A stretch of DNA of 64,000 bases, taken from NCBI GenBank assembly GCA_963770895.1, contig CAVYRF010000001.1, positions 1,952,001 to 2,016,000 on the forward strand, written 5' to 3'. Each line of letters begins with the position of its first letter. Within the stretch, counting starts at the first letter, position 1. The translations under genes were made by a program, and so were the position numbers. This DNA comes from an uncultured Acidobacteriota bacterium. GTDB taxonomy: Bacteria; Acidobacteriota; Thermoanaerobaculia; Multivoradales; UBA5704. Positions 41,654 to 50,712 of this stretch are shown piece by piece. A model generated the notes under the pieces. The model did not search any database and was not told the origin of the DNA. It saw nothing but the letters and a program-made list of their open reading frames with translations.

Positions 41654-43501
41654 TTGATCCACCCCAGCGAAGACATCTCCCGCGGCAGCCGCGACGGCAG
41701 GATCCGGGCGGCGGCCTGGATCGCCGCGGCCCTGGCCGTCGCGACCCGCGTGCCCTTTGCCGCCAGGCGGCTGTGGGATCACGATTCGATCCAGTTTGCG
41801 CTGGGAGTGGAGAAGTACGACCTGGCCGCCCACCACCCGCATCCGCCGGGCTACCCGCTGTACATCGCCATCCTGAAGGTCCTGAACGCCGCCGGCATCG
41901 ATTCGCTGCACGGCATGGTCGCCCTCTCCATCCTCGCCGCGGCCCTGGGCGCCGGCCTCATCGTGCCCCTGGTCGCGCGCCTGACGGCGCTGCGCAGTGC
42001 CCGGCCACCCGCAGAGCTGGGCATAACCGAGCAGCGGGAAGAGATGGGCAGCGCCGGGCGGCTAGGAGCGCTGCGCGATGCCCAGCGGCCTGGAGAGCTG
42101 GGCAACGCCGAGCCGCCGGCCGGTGCCTCGCTGCCGCCGGCCGTCGCCGTGGCGTCGCCGGCTGATCGCGACGACGCGGCGCTGGCCGCCGGCCTGTTCG
42201 CCGCGGCGCTCTACGTCTTCAATCCGCTGCTCTGGTTCTACGGCGAGCTGCCGCTGGTCTACGCCGTCGAAGGCGGCATGACCGTCGCCCTTGCCTGGGC
42301 CGCCCTGCGCATGGCCGACAGCCGCGCCGCCCTGCTGACCGGCTGCGTCGCGTTTGCCCTTGCCGGCGGCGTCCGCCCGTCCACGCTGGTGCTGCTGCTG
42401 CCACTGTTCCTGTTCGGCGTCGTGCGCGCCTGGCGCCGCGGCGCCGCCTGGACCACGCTGCTGATCGGCGCCCTCTTGGCCACCGCCGCCGGCCTGGCCT
42501 GGCTCCTGCCGCTGCTCGCGGCCGCCGGCGGCTACGCCGGCTACCAGCGCATCAACCGCGAGCACTTTGCGGCGCTCCTTCCCTACACCTCGATCTTGTA
42601 CGGCGCCGGCACCAAGGCCCTGGTCCACAACCTGACCATCATGACCAAGTGGTTCCTGCAGGGGCTTTTCCCCGCCGCCGTGGCGCTCGCCGGCGTCGGC
42701 CTGCTGGGGTTGGCAACACCCGCCGCCCGCGATCGGCGCGACCTGAACCACCGGCCCGATGGGCGCATGGGCGCCCGCTCCCATCCTGCTCCCCTGTTTC
42801 TTGCCGTGTGGGTGCTGCCGCCGGTGGTGTTTTTCGCCCTGTTCCACATCACCAAGGCCGGTTACACCCTGGTCTACCTTCCAGGCCTGCTGGTCGCCGC
42901 CAGCCTTGTCGCCGTCCCGCTGCTGACCGCGACCAAGGTGCCGGTGCGAACGGCCACGGCGGTGCTCCTGGCCGCCGCTGCCGGCGCCGCCCTGTTCCTG
43001 TTCGGCGCCGACCGCCGCCCCGATCAGCCGCGCGCCCTTGCCGTCGTGCGCAACGAGTTCAACCGCGGCGCCATCGCCGCCTACCAGCGCGACCTGGACC
43101 AGCTGCTCGCCGTCCTGCGCGCCTATCCACCGGACACCACCGTCCTGGCCACCGTCGAGCTGTCCGGCACCGGCCCCGCCGGCCCCGAATCCTTCCTCTA
43201 TCCCTGGCAGCGGCACCTGCAGTGGTATCTCCCCCAATACGAAGTGCTGCACCTGGTCCCCGAAGACCGCCTGGCCTTCGTCACCCGCGGCCACCATCCC
43301 TTCCGCCGCGAACCCAGCCCCATTCTGGCCCTCCCGCCGGGCACCACCCGCCTGGCCATCGTCCTCGCCGGGCCGACCGGCGCGCGCTTCCCCCTTGGCG
43401 CCCCGCTGCAACCCATCGGCACCACGTTCGACCTGGTCGTCCTGCCGGTCACCGCCCCGTCGCTGCGCCTCGGCCCTTTCACGATGGTGCCCGCGTTCTG
43501 A
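41654..43501 (+). CDS. Polytopic membrane protein, GT-C/mannosyltransferase-like
   Basis: DSIQFALGVEKYDLAAHHPHPPGYPLY, FNPLLWFYG, many TM segments. Confidence 0.7.
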   Translation: MIHPSEDISRGSRDGRIRAAAWIAAALAVATRVPFAARRLWDHDSIQFALGVEKYDLAAHHPHPPGYPLYIAILKVLNAAGIDSLHGMVALSILAAALGAGLIVPLVARLTALRSARPPAELGITEQREEMGSAGRLGALRDAQRPGELGNAEPPAGASLPPAVAVASPADRDDAALAAGLFAAALYVFNPLLWFYGELPLVYAVEGGMTVALAWAALRMADSRAALLTGCVAFALAGGVRPSTLVLLLPLFLFGVVRAWRRGAAWTTLLIGALLATAAGLAWLLPLLAAAGGYAGYQRINREHFAALLPYTSILYGAGTKALVHNLTIMTKWFLQGLFPAAVALAGVGLLGLATPAARDRRDLNHRPDGRMGARSHPAPLFLAVWVLPPVVFFALFHITKAGYTLVYLPGLLVAASLVAVPLLTATKVPVRTATAVLLAAAAGAALFLFGADRRPDQPRALAVVRNEFNRGAIAAYQRDLDQLLAVLRAYPPDTTVLATVELSGTGPAGPESFLYPWQRHLQWYLPQYEVLHLVPEDRLAFVTRGHHPFRREPSPILALPPGTTRLAIVLAGPTGARFPLGAPLQPIGTTFDLVVLPVTAPSLRLGPFTMVPAF

Positions 43502-43663
43502 GCATCCCATCCGCCGCGCCGGCGGCGCGGCGCCGGATCGCACGGAGCCTTCTGCCAACGCATCGGCTCGCAACTTGACAGCGCGCAAGCCCATAGTTCA
43601 GCATCGACGGATCTGAATGGATGTCGGCGGAGGATTGGCCGCGACACCGCGAAAGGAGCTCTT

Positions 43664-45175
43664 ATGCGTACGCAAACCCTTCCTTTCCGCCTCGCGGTGC
43701 GCCGCGCTCTCTTTTTGGCTCTGGCGTTTGCCCTGGCGGCCGGCATCCCGGCCAGCGCTGCCACGGGGCATCGTGTGGTTGTAATTGGCACGGTGTCCGC
43801 GGTCGATGCAGCAGCCGGCAACCTTGCCGTCACGCCGCGCTATCCCAACCACGCCGCAGCCATCACGCTGCAAACCAACGCGCAGACCGCCCTGACGTTG
43901 GACGGAGCGCCGGTCAAGCTGGCCGACGTCCCGGTCGGTTCGGAAGCGCGGGCGGCTTACAACTCGGCGACCAAGGTGGCGATGCGCGTCGACACGATTT
44001 CGCCGCACCCGCTGGGAGCGGTGCAAGGTACGGCGACAGCGGTCGCGGCCTCCTCGATCACCATCGCCCCCCAACGCGGCGGCGCGGCGGTGACGCTCCA
44101 AACCAATGCGTCCACGGAGATCCTGCTCGACGGCGCCACCTCGACGCTGTCTGCGATCGCGGCCGGCGATCAGGCGAGCGCCCTGTTTGACAGTTCGACC
44201 AAGGTCGCGATCGTCATCGAAGCCCAGGCGCCGCACCATGCGTTCACCGCGGTCGAGGGGCAGGTCACCGCAGTCGCTGCCTCTTCCATCACCATCGAGC
44301 CCGAAGGCGGCGGCGCGGCGGTGACCCTGGACACCAACTCGTCGACGCGGGTGTTTCTCAACGGTTCGCCGTCCACCCTGTCCGCCATCGCCACCGGCGA
44401 CAAGGCCGGCGCGCTCTATGACAGCTCGACGATGCTCGCGACACTCATCCAGGCACTGTCGCCGCAGACCGTACCGCAAGAGGTCGAGGGCCAGGTGACG
44501 GCGGTCGCCGCCTCTTCGATCACCATCGCGCCCCAGGGCGGCGGCGCGGACGTCACGCTCGGCACCGATGCCGCGACCCAGATCTTCGTCAACGGCGCGC
44601 CGGCCAGCCTGTCCGCGATCGCCACCGGTGACAGCGCCCGCGCCCTCTACGACGGCACGACCCTCATCGCCCAGGTGATCCAGGCACAGGCACCGCACCA
44701 CCAGCTCGCCGCCGTCATCGGCCAGGTGACCGCGCTGACCAGCGCCTCGCTCACCATCACCCCGCCGCACGGCTCCGCGGTCACCATCACCACCAACGCG
44801 ACCACCCAGATCTTCCTCGACGGCGCCCCGGTCAACCTCTCCGCCCTCGCCGCCGGCGACCAGGCCCAGGCCCTTTACGACACCGGCACCCAGGTCGCCG
44901 TGATCATCTCAGCCCAGGCCCCCCGCCAGCAGGTCGCCCAGGTCGAAGGCAAGGTCACCGCGGTAGCCGCCGCCTCGATCACCATCACCCCCGAAGGCCC
45001 AGGTGGCAGCGCGCCGGTGACCCTGACCACCACCTCCTCCACCCAGATCTACCTCAACGGCAAGACCGCCCCCCTCACCGCCCTCGCCGTCGGCGACCCA
45101 GCCCGCGCCCTCTACGAAACCTCAACCCTCACCGCCCTGGCGATCGAAGCCGTGTCTGCGCCAGCGCACTATTGA
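43664..45175 (+). CDS. Secreted protein with six DUF5666-like repeats
   Basis: Signal peptide; six repeats of about 78 aa (VEGQVTAVAASSITI...T.IFLNG...LSAIA.GD.A.ALYD). Confidence 0.8.
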   Translation: MRTQTLPFRLAVRRALFLALAFALAAGIPASAATGHRVVVIGTVSAVDAAAGNLAVTPRYPNHAAAITLQTNAQTALTLDGAPVKLADVPVGSEARAAYNSATKVAMRVDTISPHPLGAVQGTATAVAASSITIAPQRGGAAVTLQTNASTEILLDGATSTLSAIAAGDQASALFDSSTKVAIVIEAQAPHHAFTAVEGQVTAVAASSITIEPEGGGAAVTLDTNSSTRVFLNGSPSTLSAIATGDKAGALYDSSTMLATLIQALSPQTVPQEVEGQVTAVAASSITIAPQGGGADVTLGTDAATQIFVNGAPASLSAIATGDSARALYDGTTLIAQVIQAQAPHHQLAAVIGQVTALTSASLTITPPHGSAVTITTNATTQIFLDGAPVNLSALAAGDQAQALYDTGTQVAVIISAQAPRQQVAQVEGKVTAVAAASITITPEGPGGSAPVTLTTTSSTQIYLNGKTAPLTALAVGDPARALYETSTLTALAIEAVSAPAHY

Positions 45176-46273
45176 GTACTGCATAACAAATGTCCTACTT
45201 GAGGCGCAAAAAAAGAGGACTGTGCGCCAGGAAGGATCGAAGCAGAGGCTGATTCCGCTGAAGGCTGCGGTGGCCGTGACGGGCGGCGGCGGTGAGTGCG
45301 TCGAGTTGAGTCGGCGCCAGGTTGGCCATAGCGCCGGTCTTCAAATACGACCAGACATACTCGACGGGGTTGAGGTCGGGGGCGTACGGAGGCAGGAAGG
45401 ACGCTCGCGACCCGAAGGTTTGCCGAAGAACCTGGTCAACCCGGTTGCTGCGATGAGCTTGGAGGCGATCCCAAATCACAACCGCCCGGCCTGGCAAATG
45501 GCGAGCAAGGCCGCGGAGAAACTCCACGATCTCGGTGATGCAGATATTGCGGTCTGGATGCAGCCGGAAGAAGAGCGACAACTCATCGCGGCTCGGTGGG
45601 ATGCATAGAGCGGCGATTGCCGAGACCTTTTGATGAGAACGGGTCCGCTGCACCAGCACTGGCGTTCGACCATGGCGCGACCAGCTTCGACGGACCCACG
45701 GGGCCATCAAGAAGCCGCTCTCGTCGATAAATACCAGCGTTGCATTCAGGCGCCAGGCTTTTTTTTAATGCGGGGCCACTCCTGCTTAACCCACGTCTGA
45801 ATTTTCTCCTCGTCGCGTTCGATGGCGCGTCGCTGAGGCTTCTGCGGACTCCAGCCGAGACTGTGCAGGAGCCGGCCGACATGATCAGCGTGGTATTGCA
45901 CCGCGAACTGGGAGCGGATCACATCTGCGACCCGCGGACACGTCCACAGATCTGTCGGATACCCTGCGGCCTGGGCGCCCTGCAGCAGCAGCTCTTCCAG
46001 CGCAGCCTTGGTCTCCTGATGAAGTCGACTCGGGCGTCCCGGTACCGGCTTGGCCCGCAAGCCGATCGCTCCGCCCTGCTGATGCGCCGCCTTCCAACGC
46101 CGAACGCTCCTTCGATCGACTCCTACCATCCGAGCCACCTCAACCGGAGGCAACCCCTCTCGGAGAAGCTCTACAGCGCGCCTGCGCCGCCGTTCCAACT
46201 CCTCTGGGCTTCCTTGAGGACGCATCCCTATCCTCCCACCCAGAGTATAGGACATTCATTATGCAGGCATCAA
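45172..46273 (-). mobile_element. IS630-family insertion sequence
   Basis: Imperfect TIRs TTGAgtacTGCATAAcaAATGTCCTA / TTGAtgccTGCATAAtgAATGTCCTA; TA duplication at 45170-45171 and 46274-46275; lower GC. Confidence 0.92.
45195..46225 (-). CDS. IS630 transposase (HTH ORF 45746-46225 plus DDE ORF joined by -1 frameshift at an A8 run)
   Basis: A8 slippery run at 45759-45766; shifted frame reads LVFIDESG...VIWDRLQAH...LPPYAPDLNPVEYVW. Confidence 0.88.
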
Positions 46274-46463
46274 TAGCCACCAAAATCCACCCGGACCGCG
46301 TCACCTGTCCCGCCGCGGTCGTCTGCCCCCCTACCACCCGCCACCTATCGCCAGCCGCGGCGGCGAAGAACCTGCGGCTGCTCCCCTTCGAGGTGGTGCG
46401 CCAGCGCCTGTCCAGTCGGTGTCCTCAGGCGCCGGCGCCCTGCGATCGCCCTGGCCGTTGGGC

Positions 46464-46691
46464 TCAAGATTCGTCGCGCAGTTTGTTGACCAAGGTCATC
46501 GTCGGCATCGGGCCGCCGGACGGTCGGCGGGGAAGTAGCGGATCCCCATTGCGAACCTGGGAGATCTGGGCCGGCTCCATGGCCTTGCGTACCAAGTCGG
46601 AGATCACCTGGCCGATCGTTGAGCCACGGCTGCGTGCGATCTCTTTGACAGCCTGCAGCACGTCATCGTCGATGTTGAGGGTAGTTCGCAT
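46464..46691 (-). CDS. VapB/CopG-like RHH antitoxin with no cognate toxin seen
   Basis: MRTTLNIDDDVLQAVKEIARSRGSTIGQVISDLVRKA...RNG..LLP. Confidence 0.8.
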   Translation of the reverse strand: MRTTLNIDDDVLQAVKEIARSRGSTIGQVISDLVRKAMEPAQISQVRNGDPLLPRRPSGGPMPTMTLVNKLRDES

Positions 46692-46787
46692 GGCACCGCG
46701 AATTGTAGCTCCAGGGCTGGAACACGCCCCTCGCTCTTGGGACGTGGTGTCTGTAAGTTCGCTGTTGTTCGCGACCCGGCCGGTCAG

Positions 46788-47612
46788 CTAGGGGCTGGCG
46801 GCGGCGGTTGCGATGTAGCGAGCGATGTTTTGTTCCAGGACGGGGAGGGGGACGGAGCCGCTGCCCAGGACGGCGTCGTGAAAGTCGCGGACGTCGAAGC
46901 GGGGGCCCAGAGCTTGTTCGGCCTGGTGGCGGAGCTGTTGGATCTTCAGCTGGCCGACCTTGAAGGCCAGGGCCTGGCCGGGGAAGGAAGTGTAGCGGTC
47001 GGTTTCGGTTTCGACCTCGTGCAGGGATAGCGCGGTGTGCGCGGCCAGATAGTCCATGGCCTGGCGGCGCGACCAGCCGCGGGTGTGGATGCCGGTGTCG
47101 ACGACCAGGCGGCAGGCGCGCCACATCTCGTAGCTGAGGCGGCCGAAGTTGCTGTAGGGATCGGTGTCCAGACCGGCTTCCAGGCCCAGCCATTCGCTGT
47201 ACAGGCCCCAGCCTTCGCAGAAGGCCCAATGGTAGAGATAGCGGCGGAACGGCGGCAGGCCGGTGATCTCGCGCGCCAGGGCGATCTGCAGGTGGTGGCC
47301 GGGAACGGCTTCGTGCAGGGTCAGGGCGACCAGGTTGTAGGTCGGGCGTGACGCCAGCAGCGAGGTGTTCACCCAATAGGTGCCGGGTTGGGTGCTGCCG
47401 GCCTGCGGCTCGACGTAGCGGCCGGCGGTGTAGTTGGGGGCGATGCTGTCGGGCACCGGCGCAACGGTGTAGGGAGTGCGCGGCGGGGTGCGCACCAGCG
47501 AGGGGAGCTTGCCGTCGATGGTCTTGGCGATGAGGGCGGCGCGGCGCAGCAGCTCTTCGGGGGTCTTTGCGTAAAAGCGCGGGTCGGTGCGCAGGAACTG
47601 CAGGAACTCCGG
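46788..47612 (-). pseudogene. 5'-truncated DUF885-family gene (C-terminal part only)
   Basis: FLRTDPRFY, HEAVPGHHLQIALA, AFCEGWGLYSE, WRACRLVVDTGIH, PGQALAFKVGQLKI; upstream sequence is unrelated. Confidence 0.8.
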
Positions 47613-47675
47613 ACTTCCGTCCTCGTAAGCGGACACGAAGACTGATGCACGCAGCCCCACGGGTTCATTCATCAG

Positions 47676-47830
47676 TTGCCACCCTGCCGCGTCACCCTCC
47701 GAGGACGCAAATCCCAGCCCCGCTACCCCGAAGACCCCCGGACTTTGGGCGAGCACCTCCGCCGGGCGCGCCTCTACCGGGGCCTCCCGCAGCGACAGGT
47801 GGCCGAGGTGATCGGCTGGCGTCCAGCACG
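47676..47830 (+). pseudogene. XRE-type HTH fragment of the kind found on integrative elements
   Basis: YPEDPRTLGEHLRRARLYRGLPQRQVAEVIG, then similarity is lost. Confidence 0.5.
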
Positions 47831-47912
47831 GCACCATCGCAGACCAAGGTCCCGTTACGACGATAGTGAGACAGCTCGGACAATCGGGCAAGCACCCGAC
47901 TAGCGGACGTGG

Positions 47913-47945
47913 TTGACATAGCTCTATGGTATCGCCTACGATACC
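47913..47945 (+). promoter_or_regulatory. TA promoter with palindromic operator
   Basis: TTGACA-18 nt-TACGAT; palindrome GGTATCG-ccta-CGATACC overlaps the -10. Confidence 0.65.
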
Positions 47946-47948
47946 GCG

Positions 47949-48377
47949 GTGTCGCTCCCGCGGGTCGTCCTCGACACGAATGTGTTGGTCGCGGCCTCGC
48001 GGTCGAAGAGGGGGGCATCTGCCAGGCTCCTGTCGCTGATCGGGACGGGCAGTTTCGAGATGGTGCTCTCTGTGCCGCTCCTTCTGGAATACGAGGCGGT
48101 GTTTGTGCGGGGTCTTGCACCTGACTCGTCTGAGCGGCAAACCAGAGAGGAACTCCTCGATTACCTTTGCGCGGTTGCCGAGCGGCAGGAGATCTTCTTC
48201 TTGTGGCGGCCTCATTTGAGAGATCCGCAGGATGAGATGGTCCTGGAGGCGGCGGTTGCCGGAGGCTGCGGAAGGATCATTTCCTTCAACAAGAAGGATT
48301 TCGTGGGCGCAGAGCGGTTCGGTGTGGTCGTCCTTACTCCCCGGGAGTTTCTCGAAGAGATAGGAGCAGTATCATGA
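47949..48377 (+). CDS. PIN-domain TA toxin
   Basis: RVVLDTNVLVAA, LLLEYEAV, LRDPQDEMVLEAAVAG, IISFNKKDF, TPREFL. Confidence 0.9.
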   Translation: MSLPRVVLDTNVLVAASRSKRGASARLLSLIGTGSFEMVLSVPLLLEYEAVFVRGLAPDSSERQTREELLDYLCAVAERQEIFFLWRPHLRDPQDEMVLEAAVAGGCGRIISFNKKDFVGAERFGVVVLTPREFLEEIGAVS

Positions 48378-48610
48378 GCACGATCAGCCTGAGGCTTCCG
48401 GACTCCTTGCATGAGCAGATCCGGAAATTGGCGAACGTGGACGGTATTTCTATCAACCAGTTCATCAGCACGGCGGCCGCCGAGAAACTGGCGGCTCTCA
48501 TGACCGTCGACTATCTGGAGGAGCGTGCAAAGCGCGGGACTCGGCAGAGGTTCGAGGCTGCACTCAAACGCCTGCCAGATGTCGAGCCGGCTGATGATGA
48601 CAAGTTGTAG
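48374..48610 (+). CDS. RHH/HicB-like antitoxin
   Basis: MSTISLRLPDSLHEQIRKLANVDGISINQFISTAAAEKL; ATGA overlap with the PIN gene. Confidence 0.88.
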   Translation: MSTISLRLPDSLHEQIRKLANVDGISINQFISTAAAEKLAALMTVDYLEERAKRGTRQRFEAALKRLPDVEPADDDKL

Positions 48611-48869
48611 GCTTGGGTTGCGCACGGCGGCCCGATCCTCTTTGATCCTTGAAGTCCCTGTCGCAGGAGCGCGCGGCTTGGGAGTAGAGGCCAAAGAGCT
48701 CGGGCCAGGATTGGCTGATCTCTTTCCCGGTCTCGGAATCCTCGCAAAGGATCTGTCCGCCAGGCTTATTTCGCACAGGCCATAAAGCAGCGCGGGGCCT
48801 CGGGTTCACCCTGCTCCCAGGGTTAGTCGATTCAAGAGCTTTGAAACCAACCAGAGGAGCCTGTCTTAT

Positions 48870-50024
48870 ATGTCTAAGAGCATCTTCCTTTCTGGGTGGG
48901 ACTACAATCGTGTACTTCGAGAAGACCCCCTGAGGCCGTCGGCATCGGGACTACCGGCACAGGTACTCTGGAGCGGGTCTGCGCAATTCTGGCTTTTTGA
49001 AACAGTGTATTGCTCCAAGGAAGCCCTTGAGGGAGATATGGCTGCGTATACTGCGCTGGGGTGGACGACCGGTAAGATTTTCGCCGATCTCGCCAGTAGG
49101 GGTTTTCTAACACCTATCGACTTCGGCTCCTACATAACAAAAGATGACGCGCTCTTGACGCAATTCACCAGTATCCACAAATTGCTTCATGAGCACTACG
49201 ACCGAACCGAGATAAGAAAATATCTTGAGGAAGGAAACGATGTCGAGCTCGAGGCGATAAAGCTTAGGCTGTTGTCTCCTCTCCTCAGGCGCCTTCAGTG
49301 CGTCAAGAACGTCTCTCCCAATAGCATACGCCATTGGATTGCCCCGCGGCGTAAAGCCTCTCAGATGCCTGCGGCCGGCACAACGGCGGCGGGGCTTTTT
49401 GACGAGGCGCTTGCAACAGGTGGTGCCGGCAGTATGCGTGCTTCCTTTCGTCTGTGCGATCCTCCGGGCACGGGGTTACCACAATCCGTTGTCACCGAGC
49501 AAGCGCGCATTGAACAACAGGTTCAGCGCCCCCTAATACCCGCTCTTCTGGAGGGTAGCCTTCCCATGGCCGAGTTTCATGAAGCGCTGGTGCCAACACG
49601 CAGCTATTACGAACCCATCAATCAGCAGCTATGGGACAATTATCTCCATAACATCGACAGACTGGAACGCCTTCGTGATATTGCCAAGATTCACCTTTGG
49701 CCGAATTTGCACAGCGAATGGTTGCCATCGCTCGAATCAGATCCGGGGTACTTACGTAAGTTTCGCTCTCGACTAAGGGATGCGCTCTTGCGAAGTCGCT
49801 ACGATCCATATCTCCAGTTTGGAACCGACCTGGCAATAAACGCCGTTAGCCTGGGCGCAGGCGCGGCCGCGGGTCTTGCAGCTCCAGATCTCTTTACCGG
49901 CGCTGCCGCTATGGGGATGACGGTTTATACAGTGAGGCGTGGCCTAGAGATCGTTCATGGAGAGGTGCGTAAGCGCTCCGACAGCCTGACCTTGTTTCTA
50001 CAAAAGGCGGCTATCAAGAAATGA
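48870..50024 (+). CDS. Hypothetical protein (384 aa, lower GC)
   Basis: GAGGAG RBS, long open frame in a lower-GC segment, C-terminal Gly/Ala-rich hydrophobic stretch; no family recognised. Confidence 0.8.
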   Translation: MSKSIFLSGWDYNRVLREDPLRPSASGLPAQVLWSGSAQFWLFETVYCSKEALEGDMAAYTALGWTTGKIFADLASRGFLTPIDFGSYITKDDALLTQFTSIHKLLHEHYDRTEIRKYLEEGNDVELEAIKLRLLSPLLRRLQCVKNVSPNSIRHWIAPRRKASQMPAAGTTAAGLFDEALATGGAGSMRASFRLCDPPGTGLPQSVVTEQARIEQQVQRPLIPALLEGSLPMAEFHEALVPTRSYYEPINQQLWDNYLHNIDRLERLRDIAKIHLWPNLHSEWLPSLESDPGYLRKFRSRLRDALLRSRYDPYLQFGTDLAINAVSLGAGAAAGLAAPDLFTGAAAMGMTVYTVRRGLEIVHGEVRKRSDSLTLFLQKAAIKK

Positions 50025-50581
50025 CGGGAGATAGCAGCGTGAAAGAGATCGCCTGGAGGCTCCTTGAGCGTAAGGTGCTGTTGGAAAATCAATGGGTTAC
50101 CGTTGAGTGTAATCGGTACGCGACTCCAGATTTGGAGAGCGTCCCAGACTACCTGGTAGTGCGACGGCGGCCATTTGTGGTGATCGTTGCAGAGGATGAT
50201 GGCTGCGTCTTGTTCATAAGACAGTATAGGCCCGCCACGAATAAGATATATTTGTGTCTCCCCGCTGGTTTCTGTGCGGACCAGGAAGACCCGACTTTGG
50301 CCGGGCAACGAGAACTGCACGAGGAAACCGGCTACGAAGGTCGCTCATTTCGCCAATTGGGCGTGCTCGACCCTCTGCCTGGCTATGTATCCTCACCGGC
50401 GCACATTTTGCACTGTCAATTGGGACGTCGGGGTGAACATCTTGATCCCGACAAAGAGTCGCTAGAGGTTCTGCTTGTTCCCTGGAGCCAAATTCTCCGA
50501 GAGATCATGGACGGTGGTATAGACGAAATGCAGGCAGTTGCGGCGTTGTTGTTGGCCTATACCAGAGGTGCACAATCCTGA
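50021..50581 (+). CDS. Nudix hydrolase (ADP-ribose pyrophosphatase-like)
   Basis: Intact Nudix box G-FCADQ-E-DPTLAGQ-RELHEETGY; IRQYRP; ATGA overlap with the upstream gene. Confidence 0.9.
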   Translation: MTGDSSVKEIAWRLLERKVLLENQWVTVECNRYATPDLESVPDYLVVRRRPFVVIVAEDDGCVLFIRQYRPATNKIYLCLPAGFCADQEDPTLAGQRELHEETGYEGRSFRQLGVLDPLPGYVSSPAHILHCQLGRRGEHLDPDKESLEVLLVPWSQILREIMDGGIDEMQAVAALLLAYTRGAQS

Positions 50582-50592
50582 TAGAGACCCTG

Positions 50593-50655
50593 GCAAGGGA
50601 TCACAAAAAGTGCACGCGGCCCCAGTGATGTGTGCACCTTTTGTGATCCGCTTGC
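50593..50655. repeat. Long inverted repeat between convergent genes
   Basis: GGATCACAAAAAGTGCAC ... GTGCACCTTTTGTGATCC (17/18 match), flanked by GCAAG/CTTGC. Confidence 0.8.
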
Positions 50656-50712
50656 GGGGCCGGATTCCGCGTCCCTGGTGCCCCGAGAGGTCCCGGAAGG
50701 TGGGCGAGGACT

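Noticed and set aside
46276-46463. VapC toxin downstream of the orphan antitoxin
   Set aside because: No PIN motif in the minus-strand frame examined.
48564-48809. 81-aa minus-strand ORF between the TA pair and the unknown gene
   Set aside because: No RBS or motif recognised; overlaps the antitoxin end.
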